A stretch of 64,000 nucleotides of DNA from Anaerohalosphaeraceae bacterium (GCA_963675525.2 CAXXSL010000013.1:448001-512000), one strand, 5' to 3'. Positions 1 through 10,704 are shown, numbered from the stretch's first letter. Translations and numbers: made by a program. The notes: generated by a model not told the origin, from the letters alone.

Positions 1-337
1 TCATTTGACTTGCTCTCTCGGCAAAAATACCCGATTGCTTGTAATATTTCAGCACATTTTTATTCTTCTTCATACACTTTAACTGCTCAGTCATCTTCGT
101 TTTTGCCGCATGCAACATTAAATTTAGTTCGCGATATAACACCCGAGTCCTCTGGGCCTGATAACCATCGCGATTCTTTTTGTATTCTGTTGTTTTTTGA
201 ATTTGTTCAATAACGTTCCGGCAGTTTACAGCAACTTCTTCGATCCCTCTGAAATCATTACTGCGAACTCGCTCGATTTGGGAGGATAGAATTCGCTGTA
301 ACTGTTCATATGGAGTGTTCTTGGAAAGGCTCATCAT
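1..337 (-). CDS. Partial hypothetical helical protein, possibly a FliT/FlgN-like flagellar chaperone; runs off the left edge
   Basis: Manually read open frame from ATG at 337 (MMSLSKNTPYEQLQRILSSQIERVR...) with no stop before base 1; directly downstream of the TPR gene in the flagellar operon. Confidence 0.55.
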   Translation of the reverse strand, partial: MMSLSKNTPYEQLQRILSSQIERVRSNDFRGIEEVAVNCRNVIEQIQKTTEYKKNRDGYQAQRTRVLYRELNLMLHAAKTKMTEQLKCMKKNKNVLKYYKQSGIFAERASQM

Positions 338-348
338 TTGCGCTACTT

Positions 349-966
349 TCATTTTTGTTTTGAAAGATTATATTCAACTTCTTCAAGTAAATCTATCGCA
401 ATGTCATTATTGGGAGCAATGCGGATCGTTTCAGTTAAAATCTTTTTGGCCTGTGCAAATTTATTATCCCGGATATAAAGGCTTGCCAAACATGACATCA
501 CCGATGTATCCCGGGGGTGCATCTGAAGATAACTCTCCAGGTAGCCGGTCATTTTCTCAAAAGTCCGCATCTGACAGGACACCTGAAAAAGCCCTAACAG
601 CGCGAGTAAATTTTCGGGGTCGGATTCGACGCTCTTGAGATACATCTCAAACGCAAAGGCAAAGTCTTCTCTTTCCTGAGCAATTACGGCAAGCCCCAAA
701 TAGGCACGTGAACAAGTTGGATTCAAACGACGGGCCACCCTGAAAGAAATCTCGGCCCGATCCAGATCGCCCCGCTGATATTCCAACAGCGCCATCCCAA
801 CATAGGGGGCTGAGGCATCCGGATCAAGAATTGCCGCTTGTTCGTAATGCCGAAATGCCTGAATGTAATCTTCCGACACACAGCATCCATCGCCCATTTG
901 CAACAACAACAGGCTTTGGTCCCTGTCGTCATGCTCTCCATTCTGTTCACTTTGATTCCAGTTCAT
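349..966 (-). CDS. Tetratricopeptide-repeat protein
   Basis: ORF 349..1008 with TPR-like repeats (AFRHYEQAAILDP, AYLGLAVIAQ); probable start ATG 966 after GAAGGA. Confidence 0.8.
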   Translation of the reverse strand: MNWNQSEQNGEHDDRDQSLLLLQMGDGCCVSEDYIQAFRHYEQAAILDPDASAPYVGMALLEYQRGDLDRAEISFRVARRLNPTCSRAYLGLAVIAQEREDFAFAFEMYLKSVESDPENLLALLGLFQVSCQMRTFEKMTGYLESYLQMHPRDTSVMSCLASLYIRDNKFAQAKKILTETIRIAPNNDIAIDLLEEVEYNLSKQK

Positions 967-1087
967 TTGTGATCCTTCAATAAATACATCTCCCTCCACA
1001 ACTACCAAACAACAGCCAGGAACTTAATACGTTCCATCCTGTCTGAACGAGTACTTTTAATGCAGAGTTGTGATTTCAGCATTCTTT

Positions 1088-2290
1088 TTAATCGATAAAA
1101 TTAAACAGCGACAAAGTCAACATTCGACTGGCGATTGACAAAGATGTTTGATACAGCATTTCATAATAGGTCAAATCAATTGAAACCTGTGCGATATCAA
1201 CCTCATCAATATTAGAGATATTTTCCTGAACATTATATTCAATATCTTCAAGGTTATTCCTGATCGATTCCAGATAACTCATCTTTGAACCTGCCAGCAT
1301 GGACTCATTGGTCAGTTGATCTGAGATATCTTCAAGGGCATTATAAATCGGACCAATCAAATACTCCCTGATCTGTTCTTCTGACAAGGAGCCATCTGAA
1401 GTTTGGCAAATGTCCCTGGCCATGATCAGCACATCAAAAACACTATGCGTCCCAGGCGCTTCCACTAATTCAACACCCGCTTGTGTAATTTGTGTCGTAT
1501 CCACATACAATACCTGCCCGTTCGTGGAATCGGTAACAGCCAGATTGTCAGGCCCTGTCCCGTCATCGGGAATCGTATAGGTATCGACCCCGCCGTTAAT
1601 CGTCAGTGTATATTCATTATTTAGCGCATCATGGGTCACTTCAAGAGAAGCAAATCCCTTGAGATTCGATGTGCCGGAACCGGCAGCGGCGCCTGTTGTT
1701 CCTTCAAATTGCGGCGATGTACGGGAATTCAACTGAAAAACGTCATTCCCTGCCTTATAAAGTACCGTCTCAATACTGCTGTATGTTTCCGCAGAGAGAT
1801 CGTTTTCTGCGCCGACATATTGAACCGCTGTAATTTGGCCGTTTTCCCGCGTCACCTCATACGGTTGGGTTTTGACGCTCGTTCCTGAAAATAAATACTG
1901 CCCCTGCTGCGACGTATTTGCATAGGAAACAAGTTGGCCAAGAATGTCATCTATTTCAAGTGCGGTACGCCGTCGCTGGGCCTCATTAAAATAAGTTCCG
2001 CTGGTAACCTGAGTCAATGTTACACGGAAATCAGTCAGTGTAGAGGCGGCTTCATTTGTCACAGTGGAACTCTGCTGCAGTACGGTGGAGGCACTATTAA
2101 TATTATCAATATAATTTTGGAGCTGCCGCTGATTTGTTTTCAGCCCCAAAAGTTGGTAAGCACCGGTCGGGTTATCACTTGCACGATTCACCATTGACCC
2201 GCTGGTTGCCTGCTCCTGCAGTCGAATCAATCCGTCTGTGTGCTTGTTCAGCGCAACAAGCGTATTATTATAAATGCTATTGAGTATCAT
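1088..2290 (-). CDS. flgL: Flagellar hook-associated protein 3
   Basis: Flagellin-like termini (QATSG..NRASDNP; YLFSG; DIAQVSIDL...SLFNFI); follows flgK. Confidence 0.92.
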   Translation of the reverse strand: MILNSIYNNTLVALNKHTDGLIRLQEQATSGSMVNRASDNPTGAYQLLGLKTNQRQLQNYIDNINSASTVLQQSSTVTNEAASTLTDFRVTLTQVTSGTYFNEAQRRRTALEIDDILGQLVSYANTSQQGQYLFSGTSVKTQPYEVTRENGQITAVQYVGAENDLSAETYSSIETVLYKAGNDVFQLNSRTSPQFEGTTGAAAGSGTSNLKGFASLEVTHDALNNEYTLTINGGVDTYTIPDDGTGPDNLAVTDSTNGQVLYVDTTQITQAGVELVEAPGTHSVFDVLIMARDICQTSDGSLSEEQIREYLIGPIYNALEDISDQLTNESMLAGSKMSYLESIRNNLEDIEYNVQENISNIDEVDIAQVSIDLTYYEMLYQTSLSIASRMLTLSLFNFID

Positions 2291-2303
2291 ACCTACAGGA
2301 CCC

Positions 2304-4247
2304 CTATATAAGTTCCATTAATGTGGACAACACGTTTTGTATGGTCTCAATATACTTGGCCATCCCCTGAAACATCTGTTCATAGACGATCATTTGCGTT
2401 GCCTGTTCATTGATATCCACACCACTGATTTCCGCCTGCTGGTTGGCAAGATTCTGTGTAATACTGGAAATATTTTCGTGCTGCATTTCCTTGATACTGA
2501 TCATCTGGCCAAGGTCACTTACAAATTGCTGATAATACACATCAAATGTCAAGTCATTCAAGTTTCCAATCGGCGTGTCTCTCAAGGCAATCATTTTCTT
2601 CAGCCCCGCATTGTCCGTCATTTCCGGCCCCTGCGACACTGCAATACGTGTCAAATCATTGCTCACATCAGAACAAACAGCAATGTCAGCGGCACCGGAG
2701 CCCTGAAATAATGTATTCATGCCCGATGCACTCAGCAATCCGCTGTCGTCAGTCGACGCAAACACTTCGACTGTAAAGCTCTGTCCATCAATTACCGAAC
2801 CAGCCCCTACGGAAATAAATACCTCTTCTTCAATCTCAATGAGGTCTCCCGCAGCATAACCGGTCCCGATATTTACGGTTTTAATCAGCTGACCGTCAAC
2901 GGATATTTCTAAAGACAGGTCATCTAAATTAGAAATGTCCCCATCGCCAACCACGGTACAGGTATAAACCTTGTTCGATGCCCCCGAATAGATACCCGAC
3001 ACGGCAACGTCAATTGACAAGTCAGAGGCGGACGGTTCAGGCAGCAGCGCCGGTGTAAAATCAAATTCATAATCCACATCAGCATTGATCGACAATTTTG
3101 AATTTTCTACTGAACCGGTCAGCCCGCCAATGGCACTGATTTTTGTGGCGATATCAGCCAGTGTATCGGTCGTCAAAACGTCAACTGCCTGTCGTGTAGT
3201 CTGGCCGGTTGTCGTATTCGTCACACGAATGTAAAATGTTCCGTCTGAAATAGCATCATTCTCGGAGAGCATTCCCGAAATCGGTGTAACCCCGGTTAGC
3301 GAAGTAAAAGCTCCGGACGCTCCGACCGACTGAGTATGAATTTCATTGACCCGGTCGATGAACGAAACAGCCAGTGTATCCAGCTGTTCCTGTATCTCTT
3401 CAATCAGGTTATTGCTCAAAGACAGCAAGCCGCCCAGTGTTCCGCCTGTGACATTTGTCCGGCAAGCCGTTCCCCCTTCAATGACAAGTCCCAGTTCACC
3501 CTCATCAGTATGACCAATAACAAAAGTGACCAAAGTGCTCCCCGAAACAACCGGCACATTAGAGATGATTAAATCGATGACACCATTGGCCTTATTTGTA
3601 ACATCAACACCCACCAACTCTGACAAATCTGTAAGATACTTGTCTCGCTGGTCTTTAAGGCTGCTCACATCGCCGCCGGTCATCTCAACCTGTGCGATTT
3701 GATCATTCATTTCTGCAATCAGCGCGGTTAGCTGATTAATCTCTTCAACGGCAATTTCAGCCTGCTGTTGCATTTGAGACTGAAGATCGTATAGATAATC
3801 GCCCACAAAGTTAAACTGATCAACCAGCGATTGCGCCGCACCCAACAGTTGATTTTGCCATATACTGTCAGCGGGAGATAAACTTAAATCTTCCAGAGAA
3901 TTGAAAAAATTATCAATTGCCACACTCAATGTTCCCTGGCTCTGAAATTCACCCAGCATGTTCTCAACCGTACGCAGCGTCGTAAGTTCCCGGTTAAGAC
4001 TGGATTGAAGGGAATTCTGTTTCAAGATTTCCCGCTCCAGCATCGTATCAATCATGCGGACGGCACCATCCACAGACACACCTCCGCCGACAAGCACGCC
4101 GCCGGTCTGTGAGGTATAGGATGGTGACAATTGTATGACCTGCTTGTGATAGCCTTCGGTAGCCGCATTGGCAATATTATTCCCAATAATGTCAATGGCA
4201 CTTTGTGCAGCTTTTAAGCCCGACAAACCTATGCCTAAATCACTCAT
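2304..4247 (-). CDS. flgK: Flagellar hook-associated protein 1
   Basis: IGLSGLKAAQ..GNNIANAATEGYHKQ N-terminus; DQRD motif; SGVDINEQ C-terminus. Confidence 0.95.
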   Translation of the reverse strand: MSDLGIGLSGLKAAQSAIDIIGNNIANAATEGYHKQVIQLSPSYTSQTGGVLVGGGVSVDGAVRMIDTMLEREILKQNSLQSSLNRELTTLRTVENMLGEFQSQGTLSVAIDNFFNSLEDLSLSPADSIWQNQLLGAAQSLVDQFNFVGDYLYDLQSQMQQQAEIAVEEINQLTALIAEMNDQIAQVEMTGGDVSSLKDQRDKYLTDLSELVGVDVTNKANGVIDLIISNVPVVSGSTLVTFVIGHTDEGELGLVIEGGTACRTNVTGGTLGGLLSLSNNLIEEIQEQLDTLAVSFIDRVNEIHTQSVGASGAFTSLTGVTPISGMLSENDAISDGTFYIRVTNTTTGQTTRQAVDVLTTDTLADIATKISAIGGLTGSVENSKLSINADVDYEFDFTPALLPEPSASDLSIDVAVSGIYSGASNKVYTCTVVGDGDISNLDDLSLEISVDGQLIKTVNIGTGYAAGDLIEIEEEVFISVGAGSVIDGQSFTVEVFASTDDSGLLSASGMNTLFQGSGAADIAVCSDVSNDLTRIAVSQGPEMTDNAGLKKMIALRDTPIGNLNDLTFDVYYQQFVSDLGQMISIKEMQHENISSITQNLANQQAEISGVDINEQATQMIVYEQMFQGMAKYIETIQNVLSTLMELI

Positions 4248-4268
4248 AAAGTCATTCCTTGGTCATCA

Positions 4269-4787
4269 TTAAAAATGGTAATTCATCAATGCACGATGTG
4301 CAGACCTGCCGGTTCGACCGTCAGCGTTATAGGTCATCGTCTCACTCGATCCAAGCTGCAGGAGTTTGTTCAGCATCATCGTATTCAGGCGGGCATATTC
4401 TCGTACCAGCATCGCTGTTGACCGACCTTTTTTCTTCAGCACCTCTCCTAACTGACTCAGTCGTTGCCGTGTTTCCAATAACTCCTGCCGCAAATCCTCC
4501 GATGCATAGTCAGCAATCGCTGAAAGACAAACGTCCTCGAAATCCATCTCCAGCATTCCGGAAAGTTCCCGTCGTAAATTTTGACGGGCATATTCATTCA
4601 TCGCATATGTATCCGATGCTGAACGAATCTCTTTCAGCAATCTATCCAGAGATACGGAGTCCCGCTTGATAATAAATTCCCTAAGCTGATCAAGCCATTT
4701 GACCGCTTTTTCAAGAGTTATCTCCTCCTTGTTAAGAACAGAGAGGAGTTGCCGCGTTTTTTCTTCTATATTCATCGTCGTTCTCAT
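4269..4787 (-). CDS. flgN: Flagellar export chaperone FlgN family
   Basis: Helical 172 aa protein with C-terminal TYNADG motif, between flgJ and flgK. Confidence 0.75.
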   Translation of the reverse strand: MRTTMNIEEKTRQLLSVLNKEEITLEKAVKWLDQLREFIIKRDSVSLDRLLKEIRSASDTYAMNEYARQNLRRELSGMLEMDFEDVCLSAIADYASEDLRQELLETRQRLSQLGEVLKKKGRSTAMLVREYARLNTMMLNKLLQLGSSETMTYNADGRTGRSAHRALMNYHF

Positions 4788-5128
4788 AAGGCCTGATCCA
4801 ATTTATTCGTTTCGATTCCACCGTTCGAGAGCTGTTCCAGCGAAGCGGACAGATCCTTCCACAATCCCAGGCCGCCCTGTTTGGAAATCGCGTCAGAAAG
4901 ATAAAAGCTGAAAATACCATTAATCTGATTGAACGCACTTTCTTTTTCGCCACCCCATTGCCCCACCGTGTCCTGCATTGTCTCCACCAGCTTGTTAATC
5001 AGAACGGATTCAAAACTTTGAGCTGCTTCAATCAGATTTTGGTTCGATGGCCTGTTTGATCGTTCAAGAGCAACATCTGTTTCGGACTGGCGAGCGATAC
5101 TATCAGTCATCAATTCAATACGATTCAT
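4784..5128 (-). CDS. flgJ: Single-domain FlgJ (rod-binding, no muramidase domain)
   Basis: LIEAAQSFESVLINKLVETM and GGLGL motifs; follows flgI. Confidence 0.8.
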   Translation of the reverse strand: MNRIELMTDSIARQSETDVALERSNRPSNQNLIEAAQSFESVLINKLVETMQDTVGQWGGEKESAFNQINGIFSFYLSDAISKQGGLGLWKDLSASLEQLSNGGIETNKLDQAL

Positions 5129-5137
5129 TTATCATCC

Positions 5138-6262
5138 TTACATAATTTCAAGCTTGGCCTGCAATGCACCGGCCTGCTTCAATGCGTTAAAGATTGCAAT
5201 CAAGTCACTGGGGCTGGCTCCGATCGAATTCAGCAGCTTCGACAGATTCGCCACATTCGTTACATGCGGAACAGGAATAAGAACGCCGGCTTTCTCCTCA
5301 ACATTCAACTGTGTATCCGGAATTATCTGCGTACTTCCGGCATCCGAGAAAGGGGCCGAGGGTTGAGAAACAAAAGCGCTTTCCTTGACCTTCACAACCA
5401 AACTGCCCTGCGCAATTGCTACCGTTGATATCTGTACATTTTCACCCACAACAATGGTTCCGGTCCGTTCATTGATGACAACAACAGCCGGTATTTCCAC
5501 AACAACCTCAAGACTGATAACTTTATTGATGAAAGATGCAATCTCGGAATCGTTAACTTCTGCGGGAATCTCAATCTGGACGGTTCCGGGATCAAACACC
5601 TTCGCAGCATTGGGATATTGCTCGTTAATAGCATGATGGATACGGTCAACCGTTGAGAAATCTTGATTTCTCAAATTCAGCGTGACAAATCGCTGCTCGA
5701 TCACACGATCAATATATGTCGAAAGCTCCGACCGCTCGACCGTCGCTCCATTGGGAATGCGTCCAACTGTCTGGTGGTTTTTACTGATCGAAGCCCCTTC
5801 TCCCTGTACCGTCCATCCACTAACAGAAATCCCTCCTTGAGCAACGGCATATACATTTCCATCCAAACCCTTAAGAGGCGTCGGTAGCAGTGTCCCGCCT
5901 TTGAGACTTTTGGCGTCTTCCATCGATGAAACCGTTACATCCACGAGCATTCCTTCCCGGTCGAACGGTCCCAACGCCGCGGTCACAATCACAATCGCAA
6001 TATTGCCGCCGCTCAAATCGGATGGTGAGGCAACAAGCCCGGAATCTTTCAAAATATTAGTCAGCATTTGCCGGGAAGGTAATGTGCTGTCGCCGGTATC
6101 TGCCAATCCCACTACCAGACCAATTCCTGACAGAGGGTTGAACCGAACCCCCTGAATGTCGACAATATCTTTGATCTTTTCGGCGCTGCATGAAACCGCC
6201 AGTAATAATATAACCAACCCTAAAATTATTTTATTTGTATTCATGTGTAATATTTTATCCAT
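5138..6262 (-). CDS. flgI: Flagellar P-ring protein
   Basis: KIKDI..GIGLVVGLADTGD; SLKGGTLL; VVINERTGTIVVG; ALKQAGALQA. Confidence 0.97.
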   Translation of the reverse strand: MDKILHMNTNKIILGLVILLLAVSCSAEKIKDIVDIQGVRFNPLSGIGLVVGLADTGDSTLPSRQMLTNILKDSGLVASPSDLSGGNIAIVIVTAALGPFDREGMLVDVTVSSMEDAKSLKGGTLLPTPLKGLDGNVYAVAQGGISVSGWTVQGEGASISKNHQTVGRIPNGATVERSELSTYIDRVIEQRFVTLNLRNQDFSTVDRIHHAINEQYPNAAKVFDPGTVQIEIPAEVNDSEIASFINKVISLEVVVEIPAVVVINERTGTIVVGENVQISTVAIAQGSLVVKVKESAFVSQPSAPFSDAGSTQIIPDTQLNVEEKAGVLIPVPHVTNVANLSKLLNSIGASPSDLIAIFNALKQAGALQAKLEIM

Positions 6263-6856
6263 TTAAAAAGGCCACAAGAAATCTAAAATGGAACCCAACC
6301 AGCCGTTTTTTATGTAACCCGATGAGTTTCCTTCGTTTTTGACGATAATGTGAAAGTCATTGACAAATTTGCTGTTAATGGTGTTGTTATAAGCAATATC
6401 ACAGACCCTGACAATTCCACTGGTCTCGATGATTTGAATGTCTCCGCCAATATCTCTCTTGCGAACCCCTTTAACCACAAGATTTCCATTCGGCATAATA
6501 TCCACCACAACGACAGAGATGGAATCCACATAGCTGCGTTCGTCCTGATACTCTGCTTTTCCGCTCAGCGAGTTGTCTGAACCGGCGGAAACTCCAAACT
6601 CACCCAGATCTGTAAAATTGCCGATTTTACCGTCAAAATCCACCGACTTTGAAACACTTTTTTCCAAGTCACGCTCGGAACTATTATCCACTTTGCTATC
6701 TTCGGTAATGTAGATCGTCAATGTATCTCCGATCTTCTGCGCAACATTATCGGTATAAGGCTCTTTCATATTCTTGTCACGTTTAGCCCAGATCGAACCG
6801 GCCTGTAACGAATTGGCGGCAATAACAACGATAATAATAATCATCCATTTCGGCAT
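6263..6856 (-). CDS. flgH: Flagellar L-ring protein
   Basis: GDTLTIYI; VVDIMPNGNLVVKG; SGIVR; GWL...FLWPF C-terminus. Confidence 0.93.
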   Translation of the reverse strand: MPKWMIIIIVVIAANSLQAGSIWAKRDKNMKEPYTDNVAQKIGDTLTIYITEDSKVDNSSERDLEKSVSKSVDFDGKIGNFTDLGEFGVSAGSDNSLSGKAEYQDERSYVDSISVVVVDIMPNGNLVVKGVRKRDIGGDIQIIETSGIVRVCDIAYNNTINSKFVNDFHIIVKNEGNSSGYIKNGWLGSILDFLWPF

Positions 6857-6867
6857 TATTTAATCTC

Positions 6868-7857
6868 CTATAATATTGGTGACACGGTTCCATCCGGATT
6901 GATCTTCATTGATACAATCCTACTCGAATCAATGTTTCGCACTCGGATTACGTCTCCCTCATTACCTTTTTGGAGAGCAATGCCGACACTGGTTACAATG
7001 AAGCCGTATTTTTCCGCGCGAATCACCACGTTCTCGTTTCGTTTGATTGAAACGCTAAATCCTTCTGACTGGACCATATCGAAACGAATTTCGGTCCCTT
7101 TGGACAACCGTCTGCCCGCAACCATTCCGACAGGGTTGACCCATGTCTGCCCGGGCGGCTGGTCTTCAACACGTTCTTCGATCTTCACCTTTTCATTCGA
7201 AATGATTTCACCTTCCTGGATTGCTTCGGCGGCAATCGCCCGCAAAACTTTGAACTTAAGACGAAAATCAATCTCGGTTTCGGCAATTGGCTTTAGGCCA
7301 TCAAACACCTGAACTTTGATCTTTGCATAATTGGCCGAGGTTCCGTCAAGATAAGAACACTTTATGACAGGCAGGTCCGGTTTTCTTTCAAGGTTCAGAT
7401 CGCCAACCTGGCGGACAGGCTGAATATAACAGACGTTTTCCACCGGGGGGTTCTGGCAAAGAAACGCCTTTGCCGCCTCAACAATCCGTTCTTCTGCCAG
7501 CCTATGATTATCACGCGTGACCGTGACGTCCTGAGCCCCGGAAAAAACCAGTTGAGCAGCATCGATCCCGCTGCAAACCAGTCGTGCCTTTATTGTTTCT
7601 TTTTCAAAGACCAATTGCTGGTCTTCGGATGTAATCTTCCCGAGCAGAATTGGTTTGATTGTCCTCACCAGATTCTCGTCTCCAAACAACACGGCAACAT
7701 CACTAATCGTAATTTCACTTTTGTCGACGATAATTGTCCGCGGCAAATGCACCTGCACGGAACTCTGTGAGGACGCAGCAACGATGGTAACAAACGTACA
7801 AATCCAAACCATCACTATCACAGGATATAGTCCGGTTAATTCAAATTGACGCCTCAT
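6868..7857 (-). CDS. flgA: P-ring formation chaperone
   Basis: C-terminal GIALQKGNEGDVIRVRNIDSSRIV; between flgG and flgH. Confidence 0.88.
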   Translation of the reverse strand: MRRQFELTGLYPVIVMVWICTFVTIVAASSQSSVQVHLPRTIIVDKSEITISDVAVLFGDENLVRTIKPILLGKITSEDQQLVFEKETIKARLVCSGIDAAQLVFSGAQDVTVTRDNHRLAEERIVEAAKAFLCQNPPVENVCYIQPVRQVGDLNLERKPDLPVIKCSYLDGTSANYAKIKVQVFDGLKPIAETEIDFRLKFKVLRAIAAEAIQEGEIISNEKVKIEERVEDQPPGQTWVNPVGMVAGRRLSKGTEIRFDMVQSEGFSVSIKRNENVVIRAEKYGFIVTSVGIALQKGNEGDVIRVRNIDSSRIVSMKINPDGTVSPIL

Positions 7858-7865
7858 TCTATTCC

Positions 7866-8651
7866 CTATCTGACAATATTATTGGCTGTTTTAAGCATAT
7901 CGTCCCCGGCCTGAATTGCCTTTGAGTTAATCTCATACGCCCGTTGTGCGGTAATCAGATTAACCAGCTCAGAGACCATCTGAACATTGGATTTTTCCAA
8001 AAAACCGGACTCAATAAAACCAAAGCCGTCTTCTCCGGCTGTACCCGTCTGCGGAGCCCCGCTGGCCTCCGTCTCAGCTAACAGATTGCCGCCTTCACTC
8101 GATAAGCCCGAAGGATTTGAAAATTTCACTAACTGAAGGGTTCCGACTACGGATGAAACCCCTGATGAATCCATGACATTGACACTTCCGTCCTTGCCGA
8201 TCGTAATCGATGATGCATCGATGGGAATACTGATGGCCGGTTCAATGGTATAACCGGTACTGGTAACAAGATTGCCTTCTGCATTCATTTGCAATGAACC
8301 GTCACGTGTATACCGGTCTTCTCCATTGGGCAAGGTCACCTGAAGGAAACCATCACCCGCGATTGCAATATCCAACGGACGTTCTGTATTCTGTAATTCC
8401 CCTGTGGTAAAAACCTTCACGGTTCCTGAGAGCTTTACACCGGATCCTATCTCGGTTCCGCTCGGGGAATTAACACCGGCAGAAATCTCGGAACCGGCCT
8501 GCTGCATCTGCACATATAACAGATCCTGAAAATTCACCTGGCTCCGTTTGAATCCTGTTGTGTTAATGTTCGCCAGATTATTTGAAATCACATCCACCAT
8601 TGCCTGTTGGCCGGTCATGCCTGTCGCTGCAGTTGAAAATGCTCTTAACAT
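7866..8651 (-). CDS. flgG: Distal rod protein
   Basis: MLRAFSTAATGM..NNLANINTTGFKR..FQDLLY; LEKSNV..AQRAYE. Confidence 0.97.
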   Translation of the reverse strand: MLRAFSTAATGMTGQQAMVDVISNNLANINTTGFKRSQVNFQDLLYVQMQQAGSEISAGVNSPSGTEIGSGVKLSGTVKVFTTGELQNTERPLDIAIAGDGFLQVTLPNGEDRYTRDGSLQMNAEGNLVTSTGYTIEPAISIPIDASSITIGKDGSVNVMDSSGVSSVVGTLQLVKFSNPSGLSSEGGNLLAETEASGAPQTGTAGEDGFGFIESGFLEKSNVQMVSELVNLITAQRAYEINSKAIQAGDDMLKTANNIVR

Positions 8652-8700
8652 TGTTATCTCTCCTGTTCCACTTTAAAGCTAATTCCTGCACCGCCATGGG

Positions 8701-9426
8701 TTAACCCATCGCAACATTGATCAGGCTGTTGGATAACTCACTGCCTGCCTTCAAAAAACTCATATTCGCCTCATACATCCGAGTCACCATAATCATATCC
8801 ACCAGCTCCTCAATCATCTGGACATTTGAGCCTTCCTGGAAGTTTTGGCGAATAACAATATCTTTGGCGGGTTTGGGGTCAATCTCTTCGCTGATGGTAA
8901 AACACCCGGCTCCAATCGACTGAAGTTTTTTCTGATCATCTCCAAACGCAACGATCTGAAACTGATCGATCGTCGTTCCATCAATCGAAATCACACCGCC
9001 GGCTGAAACGTTAACTTGCGAAAGATCCGTGTTGAGCGGAAGGTTGATCGGTCCGTTTTGACCGGCAACAATGCGTCCCTGACCGTCCACGATTTGTCCA
9101 TTTTGATTCAGTTGAAAATTACCGGTTCGAGTATAAAGCGGACCTGTAGATGTTTCAATAACCCAAAAACCCTCTCCGCATAAAGCAAAATCCAAGGGTC
9201 TTCCCGTTTGTATCAGATTACCTTGAGTGAAATCGACCCCTTCAACTCTTTCTGCATTCGAGACGGTTCCATCGTCATTCCCCAGGCTTTGCTGAAGTAC
9301 TTTCGAGAATGTATTGCAAGATCGTTTAAACCCGGCGGTATTGACATTTGCCAGATTATTGGTGATCAACTCGAACTCACGCATGAGATCGCTGACACTT
9401 GCTGAAATCTGCGTCCCTATATCCAT
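8701..9426 (-). CDS. flgF: Proximal rod protein
   Basis: NNLANVNTAGFKR; TGRPLDFAL; EGSNV; directly upstream of flgG. Confidence 0.88.
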   Translation of the reverse strand: MDIGTQISASVSDLMREFELITNNLANVNTAGFKRSCNTFSKVLQQSLGNDDGTVSNAERVEGVDFTQGNLIQTGRPLDFALCGEGFWVIETSTGPLYTRTGNFQLNQNGQIVDGQGRIVAGQNGPINLPLNTDLSQVNVSAGGVISIDGTTIDQFQIVAFGDDQKKLQSIGAGCFTISEEIDPKPAKDIVIRQNFQEGSNVQMIEELVDMIMVTRMYEANMSFLKAGSELSNSLINVAMG

Positions 9427-9428
9427 CG

Positions 9429-10685
9429 CTAATCATCCTCCGCCTGAACAAGTTGCTGAGATTGCTGGACCTCAGCATTGGCGGTAACCGGTTCTGGTTC
9501 ATTTGATTTAGACGTTGCATACGTTGCATACACCAGTTCGTTCATCTCGTGATTGGTCAGCTTCACAAGATCGATATGGATCCAAAACCTTTCCCCATTC
9601 GATTGGTTCTTTTTTACTGTTCCGACGTCGCGAATAATCTTCTCATAGGATTTCATGGACATCTGGCGGCGAAATGTAGAATCTTTACCATTATCATCCA
9701 GGTTGAAAATCACAAGCACCCGATTTCCAATTTCGAACGGCATCTGAGAATCAAATACCAGTTCGGGCCCGGCCATTTCCTTCAGAACAGCTGGATAAAG
9801 AACGATATTTTCTGTCGCTTCAGGCGTTGTCGCTTCAGAAACACTTGAAAACGGTATTTCAGATTCCTCTCCATTCACGGTGCAGGAAAAAGGGAACGGG
9901 GCGAGATAAGCTTTGCGATTAACGGCGGCCCTGATAAAGCTCCGACGCCGCATGAATTTCAGGTTTTCGCTTTGGGCCAGCATCAGCGAGGTTCCGTCGT
10001 AACTGACCGGTGTCGATTCGAATGCCCATGTTCCGCCTCCAACAGCCACTTCGATTTGCCATACCTCTCCAAATGAAACTTCGGTTTCTGTTGTCATAAC
10101 AACCTGCAGGCCTGTCTCCGTATTATCAATAACAGTTGCGGATAATTCATAAGGACGCCCACGTAGTTGACGGACAATGGTAATCTCTTCTCCAACCGGT
10201 ATCTGCCTGCTGCTGAAATGACCACACGCAGACCCTTCAGAAGTATTGAATTGCAGCTTTTGCTTCAGGCAGACCAGTTCGACCTCCAATGCTTCCGCTG
10301 CCTCGGCGCCCTGCTTGTGTAAACATTCTTCCCATAAGTAGGCCGCCATTTGCGTAAAGCCTTCCGGCATATTAAAAATATCTTCCGGATCGGTCAGACA
10401 CAGCAATTCCGCCATTCGAAACAGGTAAGCAACTTCTTTTGAGCTTAACCCTGCTTTTTGTCCAAGGTTAAAAAACAGTTGTTTTTCCCGAGGATTAATT
10501 TTAGCAAGAGCATATGCCCGATAACGCGACCACATAAAAACAACGGCCAACGCAACCAGAAAAAAACCCGCAAGCCCCAGAAACCACATCTCAAAGTTAG
10601 CGCTGGTGCTAAATTGTCCTGCGCTCCTTAACCGTTGTACCGGAGTTAACGCTAATATGAAGTTATGTACTGCAAATAGGGTCAT
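9429..10685 (-). CDS. Membrane-anchored hypothetical protein with a YcgR/PilZ-like C-terminal half
   Basis: N-terminal TM helix; RRRSFIR (RxxxR) motif followed by a beta-rich domain; inside the flagellar operon. Confidence 0.55.
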   Translation of the reverse strand: MTLFAVHNFILALTPVQRLRSAGQFSTSANFEMWFLGLAGFFLVALAVVFMWSRYRAYALAKINPREKQLFFNLGQKAGLSSKEVAYLFRMAELLCLTDPEDIFNMPEGFTQMAAYLWEECLHKQGAEAAEALEVELVCLKQKLQFNTSEGSACGHFSSRQIPVGEEITIVRQLRGRPYELSATVIDNTETGLQVVMTTETEVSFGEVWQIEVAVGGGTWAFESTPVSYDGTSLMLAQSENLKFMRRRSFIRAAVNRKAYLAPFPFSCTVNGEESEIPFSSVSEATTPEATENIVLYPAVLKEMAGPELVFDSQMPFEIGNRVLVIFNLDDNGKDSTFRRQMSMKSYEKIIRDVGTVKKNQSNGERFWIHIDLVKLTNHEMNELVYATYATSKSNEPEPVTANAEVQQSQQLVQAEDD

Positions 10686-10704
10686 CCTTAACCTGTTCCA
10701 TTCT

